The notes under the pieces are model-generated. The model did no database searches. It was not told where the DNA came from and saw only the letters and a list, made by a program, of their open reading frames with translations. The position numbers were made by a program, and so were the translations under genes. Below, piece after piece: positions 62,808 to 64,000 of a stretch of DNA of 64,000 bases. The stretch comes from a virus (Duplodnaviria; Heunggongvirae; Uroviricota; Caudoviricetes). The stretch lies in the IMG/VR virus record IMGVR_UViG_3300006794_000002; one strand, given 5' to 3'. The number at the start of each line of letters is the position of its first letter. The first letter of the stretch is position 1.

Positions 62808-63578
62808 CTATCTGTGAATGTTCTTCACGTTCGGGCGTAGCCCCTCAAAGGTGCGGCGCAGTAGCAGAACGTCCTTCTCGCAGTGATCCACGATGAAGTT
62901 AAGGGCATCATTGTCGCCAGCGTTAGCCAGCGCCCAAATGCGCTTATCGAATTTGGTCTTGTGAACGTCTCCGTCCTGTACGCGCAGCGCACGAGACACG
63001 TTATCCAACGACCTTCCCATGGTTCCCTGAGGAATCAGGTAGAAGGCGTCGAGATGCATCCGTAGATCAAGCGGCTTCTCGCCATGCTCAACTGTTAGTC
63101 GAGTGTTCACGAACGGAACATCGAATATCTTGCCGTACCACGTAACCACAATGTCGAAGTCAGACTCTAGATAGTCTCGCAAAGCGATCAACAACTGCTT
63201 GTCATCAAGCAAGTGTTCCTGTTGGAACTCATCTCTCCTGAACGTCTTGACATTGCCGAATCCGTCAGCCACCGACGCACATAGTACTGTGCCGAAGTCG
63301 GCCTTTAGGTCACTGGTTTCGATATCAAAGTAGGCCATCCTTAGACCCACGTAGCCATCTACTGGCTCTTTGTTCTGTTCGAACTGTCTTTTCTTGAAGA
63401 GTCGCAACGAGTCTGCGTTACGGTCTTCGTACTTCTCTAGGAAGTCCTCTTCTTCAAGATGTAGGGCGTCATACGCCTCTTGTCCTTCCCACTTTTTGCG
63501 GGATACGGTAGGCACATAACTATCTGTTGCCGTTGTTGGCATTACGCTTCCTTTCAATGACGCTGAAGGGTATCTCAC
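62808..63578 (-). CDS. RNase H-fold 3'-5' exonuclease (PolB-exonuclease/YprB-like DEDD family)
   Basis: Exo I MAYFDIETSDL. Exo II-like VVTWYGKIFDVPF. Conserved downstream Asp/His positions. Confidence 0.5.
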   Translation of the reverse strand: MRYPSASLKGSVMPTTATDSYVPTVSRKKWEGQEAYDALHLEEEDFLEKYEDRNADSLRLFKKRQFEQNKEPVDGYVGLRMAYFDIETSDLKADFGTVLCASVADGFGNVKTFRRDEFQQEHLLDDKQLLIALRDYLESDFDIVVTWYGKIFDVPFVNTRLTVEHGEKPLDLRMHLDAFYLIPQGTMGRSLDNVSRALRVQDGDVHKTKFDKRIWALANAGDNDALNFIVDHCEKDVLLLRRTFEGLRPNVKNIHR

Positions 63579-63958
63579 GCTTCCGGATCAACCATTGTCG
63601 GCGCTCGTCCAGAATCCCCTCTCGATAGAGAGTTGTGTGATTCTGCTTTGCGTCCAACGCTAGCATCTCCGTCGCTTGTTCTTCCAGCGCCTTCGATTCC
63701 TGCGGGCTTAGTTCCATTAAGTTTCCCCACTAGACGCTCCATGGCTCGCTGCCATCGTTTCCGGATGGTAACGCCACCACGAGCATTCAGGTAGTAGGCC
63801 GCTTGCTGGCTGTTCATCCCATCCATGTAAGTAAAGAGTACGTCAACGTCGCCCTTCGGGAGAAGGGAGAGTTGCTCTTCAACTTCCATCAGATCGAGAT
63901 GAAACGAATTCCCGATTTCGGAACTGTACTCAATTCCACCGCGTTCAAAGTCGGGCAA
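63575..63958 (-). CDS. sigma-factor-like protein, region 4 HTH (possibly truncated by the window edge)
   Basis: C-terminal LSLLPKGDVDVLFTYMDGMNSQQAAYYLNARGGVTIRKRWQRAMERL resembles sigma70 region 4 or an ECF sigma factor. The ORF may start upstream of 64000. Confidence 0.4.
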   Translation of the reverse strand: MPDFERGGIEYSSEIGNSFHLDLMEVEEQLSLLPKGDVDVLFTYMDGMNSQQAAYYLNARGGVTIRKRWQRAMERLVGKLNGTKPAGIEGAGRTSDGDASVGRKAESHNSLSRGDSGRAPTMVDPEA

Positions 63959-64000
63959 TGCCGATGCGGTTAGAATGATAGAGCCACCCGGATTTTCCAG

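Overview
This window is a tailed-phage (siphovirus-like) genome segment of moderate-to-high GC, probably actinobacteriophage-like. Order of content:

- 1–2.8 kb (+): small early genes, including a DEDDh 3'-5' exonuclease, ending at a bidirectional terminator (~2757–2800).
- 2.8–30.3 kb (−): a lysis cassette followed by a complete virion module. Gene order is TerS, TerL, portal, protease/scaffold, major capsid, a GT4 glycosyltransferase inserted among the head-tail connector genes, major tail, two overlapping tail-chaperone ORFs, a 2001-aa tape measure, large minor tail proteins, a collagen-like fibre, a cysteine-peptidase endolysin and holin-like proteins.
- 30.3–34.45 kb (−): a very dense array of about 34 tRNAs. 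They almost all follow the pattern TGG + acceptor + GGATTCGAACC-type T-arm on the top strand, so CCA is encoded. Tyr is the only amino acid without a canonical tRNA.
  - The array also holds a ~250-nt irregular structured RNA carrying a Tyr (GTA) anticodon hairpin, a second tRNA-free hairpin cluster, and three unannotated small ORFs with strong Shine-Dalgarno sites.
- 34.5–42.3 kb (−): nucleotide metabolism genes (tdk, thyX, a class II ribonucleotide reductase) and a Ro60/Rsr orthologue (TROVE + vWA).
  - Its ~570-nt upstream leader carries three to four tandem tRNA-like / Y-RNA-like modules, each followed by a conserved ~25-nt repeat.
- ~42.28–42.85 kb: a divergent control region with a perfect 18-bp palindrome and other repeats.
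- 42.9–61.7 kb (+): many small early genes, including an ArdC-like antirestriction protein, an amidoligase plus class-II glutamine amidotransferase pair, an HNH endonuclease, a tyrosine integrase and an SPFH/band-7 protein.
- 61.7–64 kb (−): a DEDD exonuclease and a partial sigma-factor-like protein that runs off the window.

All coordinates are approximate (±3 nt for tRNAs). Functional calls rest on motifs visible in the translations.
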